From Bugula neritina (lineage: Eukaryota > Animalia > Bryozoa): a stretch of DNA of 64,000 nt. Below the pieces are notes generated by a model, which searched no databases, was not told the DNA's origin, and saw nothing but the letters and a program-made list of their open reading frames with translations. The stretch is from contig OZ037767.1 in the NCBI GenBank assembly GCA_964035545.1, positions 29,404,628-29,468,627 of the forward strand. Direction: 5' to 3'. Of the stretch, positions 1-13,200 are shown piece after piece. Made by a program: the position numbers and the translations under genes. Each line of letters begins with the position of its first letter. Position 1 is the stretch's first letter.

Positions 1-452
1 CAGTGAAGATCAACAATATTTCAAGTTGTATTCAAGGTGCTACAGTTTATTTATAAATATTTTTTGCAATTATTTCTCTGTAATTTATACTATTTGCCAT
101 AACAGGCCATAATTTATATTACATCATTTTTATTAACATGTTATCTACTAAGTTCATATTTAATCTGAAATACATTATTGTCTCCATTACTTATATTTCA
201 TTTGTTTAAAATATTAGCTAGTCAACAAAAGTTATGGCTATGCCATCATTTTTACACCAAGAGTGAGAAATTTAACATTGCAAAAAAACAGGCTGTGGCA
301 ATAAATATTTTTACACAACAACATATATAAAATGCAAAGCTCGGTTCAATGTGATATTGTACGAGAGCGCACAACTTCAATGTCATCAGAGATGGATTTT
401 AGCCATCAGTCACCATAGATTTAAAGAAGCAAAGAATGCCAAACAGAATATT

Positions 453-3400
453 TTATTCAAACAGAGCAGCCTACAAGTAGAAAAGGATGGGGAAAGGAAT
501 AAAAACAAATAATCCTTTGGCTATATTAATAAGAAATTACACGACCAATATACCTTTACAGGAGTTGTCTTCTTTCAAACTAATATTGGACCTTGTCACA
601 AACAAGTGAAGGGTACTTTATAATGTGCATCATAACTAATTTCTAAATTCACATGAAGTAGAGCTTGAATGACTCAATGAAACACAAAAAATATTTTTTG
701 CAAGAGGACACAATTGCTTCGCTTGCATTCAATTGGCTGCCACCGCACACGAGTACAGCAGAGCAACACAAGTTCCTTTTTGCATGCATTTAGTAAAACC
801 TGACAATCAGCTCTATTTTCCCCAACAGTTCATCAACTAATTTATTGATGGTGTTTCATGGTAAAAAATAAACAAATCTTGATTGTTCAGTAAAGAAATT
901 AACGGAATTTTGATCAGCTTTTAGTTCTTTAGACAATTAGTTTGTCCAATTTAAAAATTGTTGATCAGGTTGTCCAATTAAATTAATTAATTAATTAATT
1001 CAGTAGAAACATAAAGACCATAATCAGATAATAGTGTCAGTCACACAACTGTCACACTGAGTTCTGATAACACCGATCATATCAAATATGGCAACCAATA
1101 TGCATAATTTGACAGTAAACAATGTTGTTTAGACTAAAGAAATATGAATATTACTTTTAGCTCATCCAAGCGTTGGTAACCTGCTTTTTCTAGATCTAAC
1201 ATTTTCTGGTAACGGGCCTCATCTGCCTTTGCCTCCTCTTTAATGACCCTCTTTCTGTTTTTTAATTTGTCAATTTCCTCCAGCAACTTGCCTTGTGTTT
1301 CAGTCTCATCTCCCAAAACACTACATTGTACAAACTAGAGATCTTAAAAACACCTCAAAACACATACTTATGCTCTGTGTATACGTGCAATTCATACATT
1401 TACACATTTCCCGTCAAATATAACCAGTTTCAACTTAAATAGTTGCACAAATTTTTCACAAAGATCAGCTCTAGAAAATTTACTGAATATAATTCACAAG
1501 GTTTTATAACAACTTTTTAAACAAGAACTATCTTTCATTACTTCTAAATGTCAATTCCATGAAATAGTAAAACTCTAATGAAAACGGCCACTCTCCTACA
1601 CCAAGAGGAAAAGAGAAGCAAAAAAGGTAAAATAACTTCTAATTTTAAAAATTGCAAATAGTGCTAATAAAGTGCTCACATTTCCAGCTGTTCGTTATCT
1701 TTCATGATGTCCTTTTTTGTCATATTTTTGGCCATCATTTCAGACTGATGAGCTTCAATGTGATTCTCCATATCTCGCTGACAGGTTAATATCTCTGCCT
1801 GCACATCCTTCGTAGTTGCCAACAGAGACTGTATGGCCGCATCACAACTATTTTGCTCCTCTCTGCAAGCAGATGCATTTAGATATTGTATTTATACGCC
1901 ACAACGCAAAATTCTCGACTATGTGTAATCGATGCTTAACTTATTAAAACATTGATGAAAACTTGATTGTTTTTAGCGCACAGATTTATCCGTTTTTAGC
2001 ATTAACTAGAATAGCTGACGTACACCCATACGTACACCCTACGCACTTACTTATTTTTTTCCACGAGATCAAATATCCCCTCCACTAATTCATAAGCAGT
2101 AGAAGCCAGAGCAGCAACCTGCTCTGATTGCTCCACATCCTCGGCAACATTTTGCCGCACAGATTTTTTCAGCTTGATATTTTCCTAAAACTCAAAAAGA
2201 AAAACGCAATTGCACAGTAAACTACAAACAGTATGACTTCAAGTAAAAGAGTTGTAACTGAGTGTACCATGTGATGTGGCTCAAAGTCATTTAGCCATGT
2301 TAAGAGCCATACATATGATTTATGCAGAGGATTCATGCAGATGACTTTCGAAGGGTGACCAACACAGATGTTTTATGTACACAGTAGAACTATGTAATGC
2401 TGCAGACAAGAGTAGATATGCACCAACTCTTTCACACACTATTCCTGTCTCAGCAGTTCCAACAGGAAGCTCAAGCAGGAAGTGTAAACAGGAAGCTCAA
2501 ACAGGAAGTCATATAATGCACCTCTAATTCAGCGACTTTCTGTTTATCATCATTCAGTGCCGCTACAAACTCTTCTTTTGATGGCAGGGAATTGATTTGA
2601 AGATATTCAACTCTTTCCCGATTCTCCGCTATTTGTCTTGAAAGTGTAACCTAATCAGAAATGAATTTTTGTCACAAGCGAATTTGAGCAGACTGAGAGA
2701 GAATTAAAGCGATTTAGAATGAATAATACTTTGGAAATTGTGTATCTGCGAAGTAGCAGGTTGTAAATAATCAAAACTTAATAGCGTACCGAACTGATTT
2801 TATCTGAGTACGTCTTCCCTATAAAAATATTTCTTTGTTAAATAAAAAAAGACTTGGCACTTTTCTATGAAAATCTCCCTACATTTACGACAATCGCTAC
2901 TGTAAATTACACAAGCAACTGTTTCTTTACATATTCATGCAAGGCTTGTACACGAAAGAGAAAAATTGAAAAGTTGTCCTGCAGAAAGGAAACAGGCTTT
3001 TTGCAGATCTTGGCAATTGGCACAACCTTAGAACCTAAAATTCTAAATGCTCAACTAATTAATGTTCAACTAATTAAAGCTTTCAGTTTAACCTATTTTA
3101 GCACATCATTATAGCGTGATAAAGTACTGTTGCATATGTGATAAACTAATAAAAAAACATGATAATGAAAAATAATAATTGAAAAATAGTAATTGGGTAC
3201 AGAAAACTAAAAGACTACACAGCAAGGTTCTCAAAAGTAGAAAATAATAACATGGTTGCCAGCTACCTCGGTCTCAGTTCTTTGCTTAACGTCGTACTTT
3301 CTCTGCTCCACCCTCTCTTGCAATGTCTGCACTTGTGAGGATTTCTTCTCTGACCTCTTCAAAGAGCACAGTTGTCTATCCTTAAGCTAAATGAGAAGAT

Positions 3401-5491
3401 AATTAATTACCTGTGAGAAATATTCTGCAACTTTAGACATCTTAAGCGCTCTTAGACTTTTGCTTTCAACACTTGGGATAAATATTTGTTTGTGACTCCA
3501 CTAACATAAGTAGTACTTCATATATGACTCTACTTACGCAAGTAATACTCTGTACACTACTCTACTTACATAAGTAGTACTCTGTACACGACTCTATGCA
3601 CATAAGTAGTACTCTGTACATGACTCTACTTACATTATCATACTCAAGGTGAATGGCATCACTCTTCTCATGTAAGTCATGCTTCTTGGTTGCCATATTT
3701 AAAAGTTCCCTTTGTAATGCCTCCTGTTTCTCCTCTATTTTCTGTCTTTCTTCTGCCAACTTTTCTCTACATACAGTCAATGGCCAGTAACTTACTTAGT
3801 AAGTAGTAGGAAAACACACTGTCTTAAGCTACCAGAGAATCTTAACTGAACACACTTTCAGAACAGATATTAAACTTTTCAGTCCCAATTATTTGATAAA
3901 TTCGATAAAAACAATGACCTTGAAAGATGAGTTATATGCAAGCAGAGGATTCAATAATAAAATAAATATACTATTAATTATAAAACAATAGGTTAACATT
4001 ATATGTTATATTCATTATCAACAATAGGTTAATACTATATCTATAGTAAAATGACAGGTTAAGTCACCAGGGTAAAAGAAAGTCAAATCCATTCTCTACT
4101 AAAGAACTCATACAATGATGTGTTCTCATTGGGATTACAAAGACAGGAAGTAAATGTTTAGTATTAACCTGCAATCACTCTGGGCTTCAGAGATTTTCAG
4201 GAAATTGACCATTGCATTTAGGAAAATGGCTGTACGATCTTTTGTTGGAAAAATGAAGTCTTTGGCTGTAAATGGTGGATTCAACGTTGGCAGGAGTCGA
4301 TCAAACAGCTGTCGTCTACAACCACAAACGGGTTGTAAATGAATAAAATAAAGATGGCACAAAAGTTGAAAAAATATGTTTTATGATTGTATATACAAAT
4401 ATTTAAACTGCATTTGAGGCTTCCTGGTCAATTGGATAAATCTAAACTTTATAATTTATCACCTCTGAATTTAGTAATAGATTAGAGTAGTAAAACATTA
4501 CTTACAGAAGGATCACAAGTGTCAAACGCTTAAGAGTTGAACCCTGCAATAGAAAGGCAGAAATGCACATTACAATAACTTTCACATTACACACATGCTG
4601 CAAACATAAATTATCATTCACATTTATCAATTACATAGTTGCAACAAAAATGAACTGACATGAAAAAGCTGACGTTGCAACCTGCTTACCCTCATAGATG
4701 CCAGAAGCTCACTTTCACCATAAATGTGACAGCAAACAATCCAGTATATGTCAACGATTCTTTCGCACTAAAATTTGAAAAAATAATAAAGATGTAGTGA
4801 TTGTTAAGATTTATTAAATTAAGTATAAATGGGAGTGGATTATTTATACTATAAGTAAAATTGTATGAGGAGAAGACTAGATACATGCTTCATTGAAATT
4901 TGCCAGTTGATTGATTGTTATGCAATATGTAGAATTTGCTACTGATGGATTAAATTAATTTTAAATAGCCACAGTGATCAGTCATGATTACACCATGGAA
5001 CTTGGGGGTGATAATCAAAATGAATAACTCAACATGAGTATCAATATGATGGCAAGAGGTGTAGTCACTGTACGCACAGATTTTACATTTCGCAGTGCAA
5101 TAAATTGCATATATAAATTGTACAGATAATATTAATACTCATTATTAATAGTAATATCTTTGTTTACTCGGGAAACCTCAGGCTTGGTGGTTGGGGAGGC
5201 TTAGTTTTTTTGGCCTGCCTGCTGCTCAGCATTTTGCTATGCCTTTGCTATACGTCGCGTAAATGAGTATGACAACCACTAATCACTAATTAATGATTGT
5301 CATTGTGATTCTGATTAGTAATAGTAATCATAATCACAATGACAATCACAGTGACAGTCTGACTCTGAGTTACGGTGTGAGTGACTTACATTAGGATTTG
5401 TTATGTCTTCTGAAGAAATAGGTATATAGTTGTTCAAATACTTTACAATATATTTAGGAACAATCTTTTGTTTTTGAACTGAGGCCGCCAT
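453..5491 (-). CDS. NUF2: Kinetochore protein Nuf2-like, multi-exon (3' end uncertain)
   Basis: Exon 1 MAASVQKQ...ISSEDITNPN|gtaagt. Exon ~4165-4310 has FTAKDFIFPTKDRTAIFLNAMVNFLK, resembling the Nuf2 CH-domain motif. Several coiled-coil exons follow (3634-3780, 1155-1320 and others). The stop at 453 is a tentative last exon (AALFE*). Confidence 0.7.
2461..2510. repeat. ~13-bp tandem repeat (aacaggaagctca) x4 in NUF2 intron next to a donor
   Basis: Directly visible repeat units. Confidence 0.8.
3495..3633 (-). repeat. 32-bp minisatellite (~4.3 copies) starting at the NUF2 5' splice site
   Basis: Unit actctacttacataagtagtactctgtacacg. On the minus strand three copies retain GTAAGTAGAGT. Confidence 0.85.
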
Positions 5492-6395
5492 AGTTGCCAA
5501 CAGAGAATGTGTGAGATCTAATTCTATAAATGATGCTGACTGAAAGCTTAAAATGTGTCGCTTTTAAAGCTGGGTTTTACCAACTCTAAATATAAATAAC
5601 CCGCATTTTATAGTCTATACAAACTACGTTGTGATCGTAAACATAACTAAATTGAACGGCAAAAATCTTAAGGTTAGGTTATGTAGCGAGCCAAATGGTT
5701 CGTTTTCTCAAAAATATCCGGACGAGTTATTACATTAATTTTACACAAGTATCAGTATGAGTATCCCATTTACCATAGATACAACTCATAACGTTACCTG
5801 TATTAAGTATAACATTAGTTATACAATTTTTTTTAATTAGCAATACTACTATTATTTTTAGTATTACTATAAATGTATGAGTATAAAGCTATCAGTATTA
5901 CTAATAACTAATAAGTAATAACTTAATCATAATGACTAATACTAATAGTAATAGTAATAGTAATACTAATACTAATAGTCATTTTCTTAGAGTTTCTGTT
6001 ACTCACTTGCAGTGTTAGTGTTACTGTTAGAGCTATTGGCCGTGATTGGCGTTCTGAAAGTGAATGGGAATGACAATCTGATAATCTACATAATTGAAAT
6101 TTGAATTTTAATTTGATTCACGCTGAAATTTAATATTATATTCAATTTTACTTTATTATCATATAATAATTACTGATGTGATTTAGATTGTTTTACAACC
6201 ACAATAAACGATAGCGATCACCGATCACGGTCACGGTGAATGCCACTATCAGTATCACCATGACTATGAGTGTCAAAATTCAAATTTCACACTTCAATTC
6301 CAATTACTACTACTACTAGTCATTGGCGAAACTTAATATGCTTTTAAGATATTTTATTATTGTTTTGTAGAATAGATAGATTGATACCAAAAGAC

Positions 6396-9300
6396 ATGGA
6401 TCTAAACAAAAGAGAGTTTGTAACCAACACTGCTCCTGCATCTGTAAGCTTTTAAGCAGTTTATGTAAATATAAACTTCTAGTAAATGCCCCTAGTTTTT
6501 CGAGTGGCACATTATAGTAGATAACTTTTATTTCATTGGTAATTTAATATATGCAGATTCTAATTTTTTGTTCCACAAAATACTATGACACTATTATATA
6601 TATATCAAGCGCTTTTGCGATCTTTTTGATTTCTAAAGTAATAGTTTCTAAATTTTTAGATAGTGGATCTAAAAGCAGAGTTGCACAAAAAGCAGCAGGA
6701 ATTTGCTCAACGGAAATCTTTAGCTGTAAATACGGAGGCAGATCAAAGAACAAAGTACAACAAAAAATCTAAGGTTAAATAACTAGCATGAGGTTATTGA
6801 GTAATATAAATGTGGAGCTGTGAATATCTGGCTACTGATGAATAATCTGCATATACACCATTATTAAACTTATATTGACATTTGAAATAATTATTGCTTT
6901 TTATTAAGAAAGCAGCATGGATTATTAGCAATCCTGGCGTAGAGCGTCGGAGAGCAGCGGATTTTCAAAATCGAAGTCTTGACGAGGAAGAGAAACTGGA
7001 AGCTTCCAGGTAAAGTAGATGATGCTTTGATTAGTTATGGATTGTAATATTGATAGTTGCCTCTCTTGTCAAGTTCATGCATCAACAGCAGAAAAATTCT
7101 TGAAATTTTCATCAAACCGTCATTTTGTGTCAAAATGAAAAAATAAATATAAATATAACTTTTAATAGAATGGCATTGGAAGCAAAAAGTAAAATGTATG
7201 AGAAAATGGCGGCTAAAGGGGATAACATGGAAGATGAAGATGGTAAGTTTCTGCATTAAGCTTAAATTTAGTTTATAAATATTGCTTTCAATTGTATTCT
7301 CATCATGCTTTTTGTTTTCTACTAACTGAATGCATACTTTAGCTTCTTTTAGTTGTGTTGTTTAATTAGTTGCTAATTGTGTAGGTAATTCTTTGTATTT
7401 GGTGGACTTTGAGAGAAAGTTCATTGACAAAGTGATGGATGAAAGACATGCTACACTCAAGAAGAAGAGAGATACTAGTGAAGAAACCAAAGGAAATAAT
7501 CACAAAGGTGGAGAAATTATAGATGACATCATGAGCGATGATGAAGTACCAGATGAGGAACAATGGTGAATTTGCAACAGCCCATAACTCTAATATTCGT
7601 ACAGTTGATATTAGATTGTTTGTATTTATTACACTGATAGATTACACTTACATATATTAATTGATTTCAAAAGGTTAAAAGCTTTTCAAAAATTGATGTT
7701 AAAGTTGCAGTAATGCAGTGTTATATTATGACTGGCTTAGTCATTTACTTTGTAATGTGTTGGGTAGACTGGTACTTGTCTTTTTATTCGGGATTATGAC
7801 TCATATCCTGTAGGGTTGACTATACAGATTCATTAGGACGTTCCAGAAGATGCATGAAAAAAGATTTACCAAAGTTACGAGATTTGGATTCATCTATTAG
7901 TCATGGTGGAAGTAATAGTGAAGAGACAACTGAACAACTTCCTGATTTAATGTCGTCTGATATGCACCGGGAGATACTTAGGCAGAAATGGGAAGCAGAA
8001 CAAAAAGACATGCTGGATAATCAAGAGACTGTACACTATGCCAATGTGCGCTTTGATGGTATGAATTCTGTCCTTACTTTATTTCATGAAAGTAGTTCAC
8101 AATTAGATTATATATATGTTTTATATTATATTATCACAATTATATTATATATGCTGTATGTATATTATATTATCACATATATAATATATATGCTGCATGT
8201 ATATTATGTTATCACAATTATAAATTATCTTATAAATAACAGAATGAAGTTGCTTGTAGCTGCAATAAAATAGTTTGTTATTTTGCAATTTATTGGCTTG
8301 TAATTTTACATCACATGTGTAAAATAATAATTTTCAGTATTTGTCTGCCTGTGTTATATATGTGAGAGATTGCATGTTTGTATTGCTTAGCAAAAATAGA
8401 GAATACTCTCTTTTTGATTTGTAAAAAAATTTCACTTACCAATTGCAGTAATGATTTGATAATTTTAATTTGTTTACAGAAAAAAGAACGCATGGTGTTG
8501 GCTTCTATCAGTTTTCAAAAGTTGAAGACGAACGGCAAAAGGAAATTGAAAAGTTGCGAAGTTTAACAAAGGAAACAAATGTTCAAAGAGAGGCTAAATT
8601 AAAGCTGAAAGAAAAGCGAAAAGCAATTCTCAATGCCCGACTTGAAAAGGTTCGAATGCGTCGAATTGCTCAAGGAAAGCCGGTACCTGAAGCTAAAAGT
8701 TAGTTTGATGTCTATCTTTCCATGAACATTTTACAACAACATATAATATATAGCATGCTGTAGCTGAACACATGTGCACTAGTATTTTACATATCATAAT
8801 CATGTTGATTCATACACAGCTGTTCACATTTCTATTCTATAATAATATTTCTATGTAATGATTAGCTGAAAAAGTAGAAGACTCAGTTGACAAAGTAGAA
8901 GAAACAGCAACTGAAATAACCACCTCCTTATCAAATGTTGAAGATGAACCCAAACCAAAAAAACTCTCAATCCGAGAATGGGATGTGGGCAAGTCAGGTT
9001 AGTACCAGAAGTGTACTGATAGCCATTATATTAAGTACTATAATATTCTGTATTTGCAACCGATTTTATAGCCCTACTTGGTCATTTAGATGCCTAATTT
9101 AGCTAGCAATGGAACACCATGAATATTTTGCACTGCTTATTATTGAATGTTTTTTTTAAATGCAGTTTTAGCTCGTCAAATCCTTTTGATTTTAAATCTT
9201 TTTGTTTTAGGAGTATTTCTTCCAACAAGACCAGAAAAACCGAAAAGTTGGGCAGATCCTAGAAATAGAAGAGATGAGGAGTTTGCTCCCCCTTCATTTT

Positions 9301-9641
9301 ACTACACAAATGATAGGGTTAACAACTCCAAAACTAACTCACAAATTCCTTCAGAGCAATTGACTCCAGTAAATGCAGCAAGTGCCGATGACAATCATGA
9401 TGAGAAGTCGTTTCACTCTACTAGTCTAGCTGCCAGCATACCCCTTCCTTCTACTAGTAATGTAGACAGTATACCTCTTCCTTCTGATAGTGGTGTAGAC
9501 AGTATACCCCTTCCTACTACTAGTGGTGTAGACAGCATACCCCTTCCTTCTGACAGTGAGGTAAATGATAAAGGTCACACTCACATGTCTAGCATAGATG
9601 ACATGCTTAAATCTCTACGAAACCAATCTTGCCTGAATTAA
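6396..9641 (+). CDS. CCDC174: Coiled-coil domain-containing protein 174, multi-exon
   Basis: Spliced translation: MDLNKREFVTNTAPAS|IVDLKAELHKKQQEF...SNPGVERR...ALEAKSKMYEKM...W|VDYTDSLGRSRRCMKKDLP...HYANVRFD|...HGVGFYQFS...REWDVGK...RDEEFAPPSFY. These match hallmark CCDC174 motifs. Confidence 0.92.
8117..8222. repeat. ~39-bp AT-rich tandem repeat (~3 copies) in CCDC174 intron
   Basis: Repeated tatattatattatcaca...atatgctg units. Confidence 0.7.
9436..9562 (+). repeat. Coding 33-bp repeat x4 (SIPLP[S/T]xSxVD) in CCDC174 last exon
   Basis: ORF 9147-9641 shows SIPLPSTSNVD SIPLPSDSGVD SIPLPTTSGVD SIPLPSDSEV. Confidence 0.9.
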
Positions 9642-10219
9642 CAGAGATCTAAATTCTATAATTTTCTATAAATTGTCTTTAAAATTGAAAGCCTTGTTGT
9701 AGTATTTTGTACATAAACTGCATTAATATGTCTGTAGATTTAAAATAAAATGAATTGCTACAAGTGAATCAATCAAATACAAGTGGGGATTCAGCATGAC
9801 AAAGTGTTTATTTGTAATCACATGTAAACATATTCAACAAAATTAATAACAAACAACGGGACAACTTACAAACTGACAAAACAAATTCGCTTTCAACGCT
9901 GGTCTTGCAGAGTCAATGCTGAAAATTTTTAAATATTTTTCTGCTTTTTTTAATTCTCATTTTTTTCTGCTTTTTTAAAATAATAAATAAACTTAATATA
10001 TTAAGATATAACTGCAACATTTTGATAATTGTGCAGATTCTCAGCCCATCCAGGTTGATTGCACCGCATTAAGTGCAGGTTGGAGTATCATCAACACTTG
10101 ACAACCTTGAACCAGCATTTACCTTTTTGTCAGATTTTTTTCATAGCTTTTTGTGATGTATGCTTTAAAAATAAGAACAAAATCATAGTTATATGTAAGT
10201 ATACTTAAATGATTTATAA

Positions 10220-13200
10220 TCATGCAACTAAAGCTTTTCCGACCGACTGGCGATGAACTCGAGGAGCAAATCCGGTTGACTTCCTGGCCTCCTCATTGGT
10301 GGGCGGGCCTACCGGATTTCGGATCAGAACTACTTTCGGCCCTTCGCTTGTGGTGTTCTGAGACTTTACTTTGACCTTGAGCCTCTGGGGTCGTTCAGAA
10401 GTTTCGATTTCAGTGTTGGAGAATGAAGTAGAAGCCCTGTGAGAGTACAAACAAGCTTGAGACTAAGTATAAAGTCGTGTGCCACAAAAAGAGTGGCAGG
10501 GCACAGTGGGAATTCCCGTTCTATTGCACCTAACTTGATGAGTTGTATGATCTACCCTAACCAGGCACGTAATTTTAAGTATTTCCAGAGTTAATTATAA
10601 ATAAAATTCTGAGTATATCACATGCGCACAACGAATCAATAGAAAATCAGCAGTGAACCATTCATCAAACAAAGCAACTCACTTGATCTTACGAACACAG
10701 AGGGCGCTAGTCCTGCTGGTGTTACTGTCTGTTACCACAACACACTGTACCGAGTCGCCAACGTGCAGAGTAGAATTGTCTTGTATATCAGAGAGTCTGT
10801 AGAGTAGAACAGAATAGCCATCAGCTTTGCAAAGCCCGCAGTTAGTTTGATTTACATCTAAACATCAAATATATTCATTCACGGGTTGGTACAATACAAT
10901 AAACAATACCTGAAATAAACTTTCTTCTCTCGGTTTTCAATTTCGAGGAATCCAGTTGGGCCCCTGATGCTGTCGACCTTGCCGTTAACCACGTCTTTGA
11001 CGACCATAACATTGATGGCTCTGTCGACCTGGCCGCTCACCTGAGCCACTTGGAACTCAACCAAAGTGCCATCTGGTGGGCATCTCTTGTTGCAGAGTGA
11101 GATAATTCCAAAAGGATAAGTGACAGCCGATTCTCCTAAAAGACATGACATGACAGTCTCAACATATTCTGTCACACAACAAGCCTACAGATTCTGCTGA
11201 CAGACAATCAAGTTACCGGGAACATTTGTATTGGACAGTACCTGGTTTATTCGACTCCACAGTGATAAGTCCACAATAATCTCCTTTCTCATTGCTGGGG
11301 TTGCTGTTTATAATTCGTGACACTTTGCCAGATAAAATAGGTGCTTGTACTTCCTGTGCAAAAGCATCGCAACATTTATTATCTTGCCAATGTATATCGT
11401 GTGTATGTATAGTGTATGTATGTATAATGTGTGTATGTATAGTGTGTGTATGTATACTGTATATGTATATATAGTGTGTGTATGTACAGTGTGTGTATGT
11501 ATAGTGTATGTATGTATATTGTGTGTATGTATAGTGTGTGTATGTATACTGTATATGTATATATAGTGTGTGTATGTACAGTGTGTGTATGTATAGTGTA
11601 TGTATGTATATCGTGTGTATGTATAGTGTGTGTATGTATAGTGTATGTATGTATATCGTGTGTATGTATAGTGTGTGTATGTATAGTGTGTGTATAACAT
11701 AGCGTGTGTATATATAAACATAGTAAGTTTAATGAAGGTAATCCGCTAAAAAGTGCAACAAAAGTGATTCATTCATATCTCAATAACAACAGTTTCAGTA
11801 TATTCTCAGTACTGCAAGCAAGCGTCAACACATGCATGATAATACTTATAACATTCAATACTAATATTCTAGCTCTCAACTTCAGTGTACATGTATAGGT
11901 ACGGTAAGTTATATAATAGTACAGAGATATTTCGACAGATAACTCACAATGTAGCCCTTGCTCTTGGGCACCAGCTTCACATTCTCTGCGCTCATCCTGG
12001 ATCCCCCTCTGCACGCCATGTGATAGTCAACTAAACTCCCGATAGTGAGCTCACCAACATTACCGTCGTAACAACTGAAAGAGCAAACATTACCAGGTAA
12101 CAACTGGAAGAGCAAACATTATAACAGCCAAGTACATAAAGAATAGACATTACTGGGTAACAGGGAAGTATTTTCAGAGCAGCTAAAAGTTGAGCACATA
12201 ATATCCTAGATTCCAATCCTCACGTGTAATGAAAGAAGACCTCTTCATCTAAAGACACGGTTTCAATAAATCCGAAATTCTCCTTCAGGCTGCAGACAAA
12301 TCCTTGACGAGTGCCGAGCCGAGAGAGCAGTTTTATGTTCACGGCCTTCCTGCCACCCGACTCGCTCGATCTCTTCGTCTCACAGAGGTTGAAGGAAACC
12401 TTGTCCCCATAACGCAGGTCTGCGTCCTTTACCTGCAAGTAACATCTCCTCGTAACCATGACAACAGAACAGGCACATGAACATACAGTATCACACATCA
12501 ATGTATGCTCATTACTTATCAGTAGCAGACAACTACTACTTTTGTATTCAGATTGACTGCGCAGTGAAGTGAAGTTGTGTATACGCAGGCACATGCTATA
12601 GAATAATACAACCCAGTACCATATATACGACAGTAGCATCCCTGCCATTGACTGAGTACTGAATGAGTCCAGTTTCACTGGTGAGGTTGGAGCCCTTCTT
12701 GGTCCTCACTGCTGGTTCCTGCACCACAGAGCCTGTGTACGTCTGGGAAGACACACTCTGCTCGTGTCTGATTGAACCTTTGGCCAACTTCCTGATACGG
12801 ATGGCGATTGGTTTGGACTTATTTCCTGGGTCGTAGGCAATCTACATCGGCAACACAGCACAATATAAACACACAGTCTACGGGGGGGGGGGGGCTAGAA
12901 AAATCTGTAAATTACCATGAGTTTTATACCCACCTATTGAGAAACTCTAACTAAAGTAATTATAAACAGTAAAGTACACAGAGTTGTGCACTTTATGTTT
13001 TAACAGAGTAAATCCATGATCATTAAAATTCCAAATAATTTAAACTTACTCAAAACAATAGAGGAAGTAACTTGTGCTAGACATATGCGAATCACAGCAC
13101 TTGATACTTCTGTTACTTGGTACAGCACTTGATACTTACGGTGAACTCAATCTCGTCTCCCACAACCACAGGGGTGTTGGTAGACTCGTAGAGCTCGTTG

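Noticed and set aside
11292-11721. Overlapping ORFs rich in Y/T/H/C/V
   Set aside because: Translations of an intronic TG/TA minisatellite.
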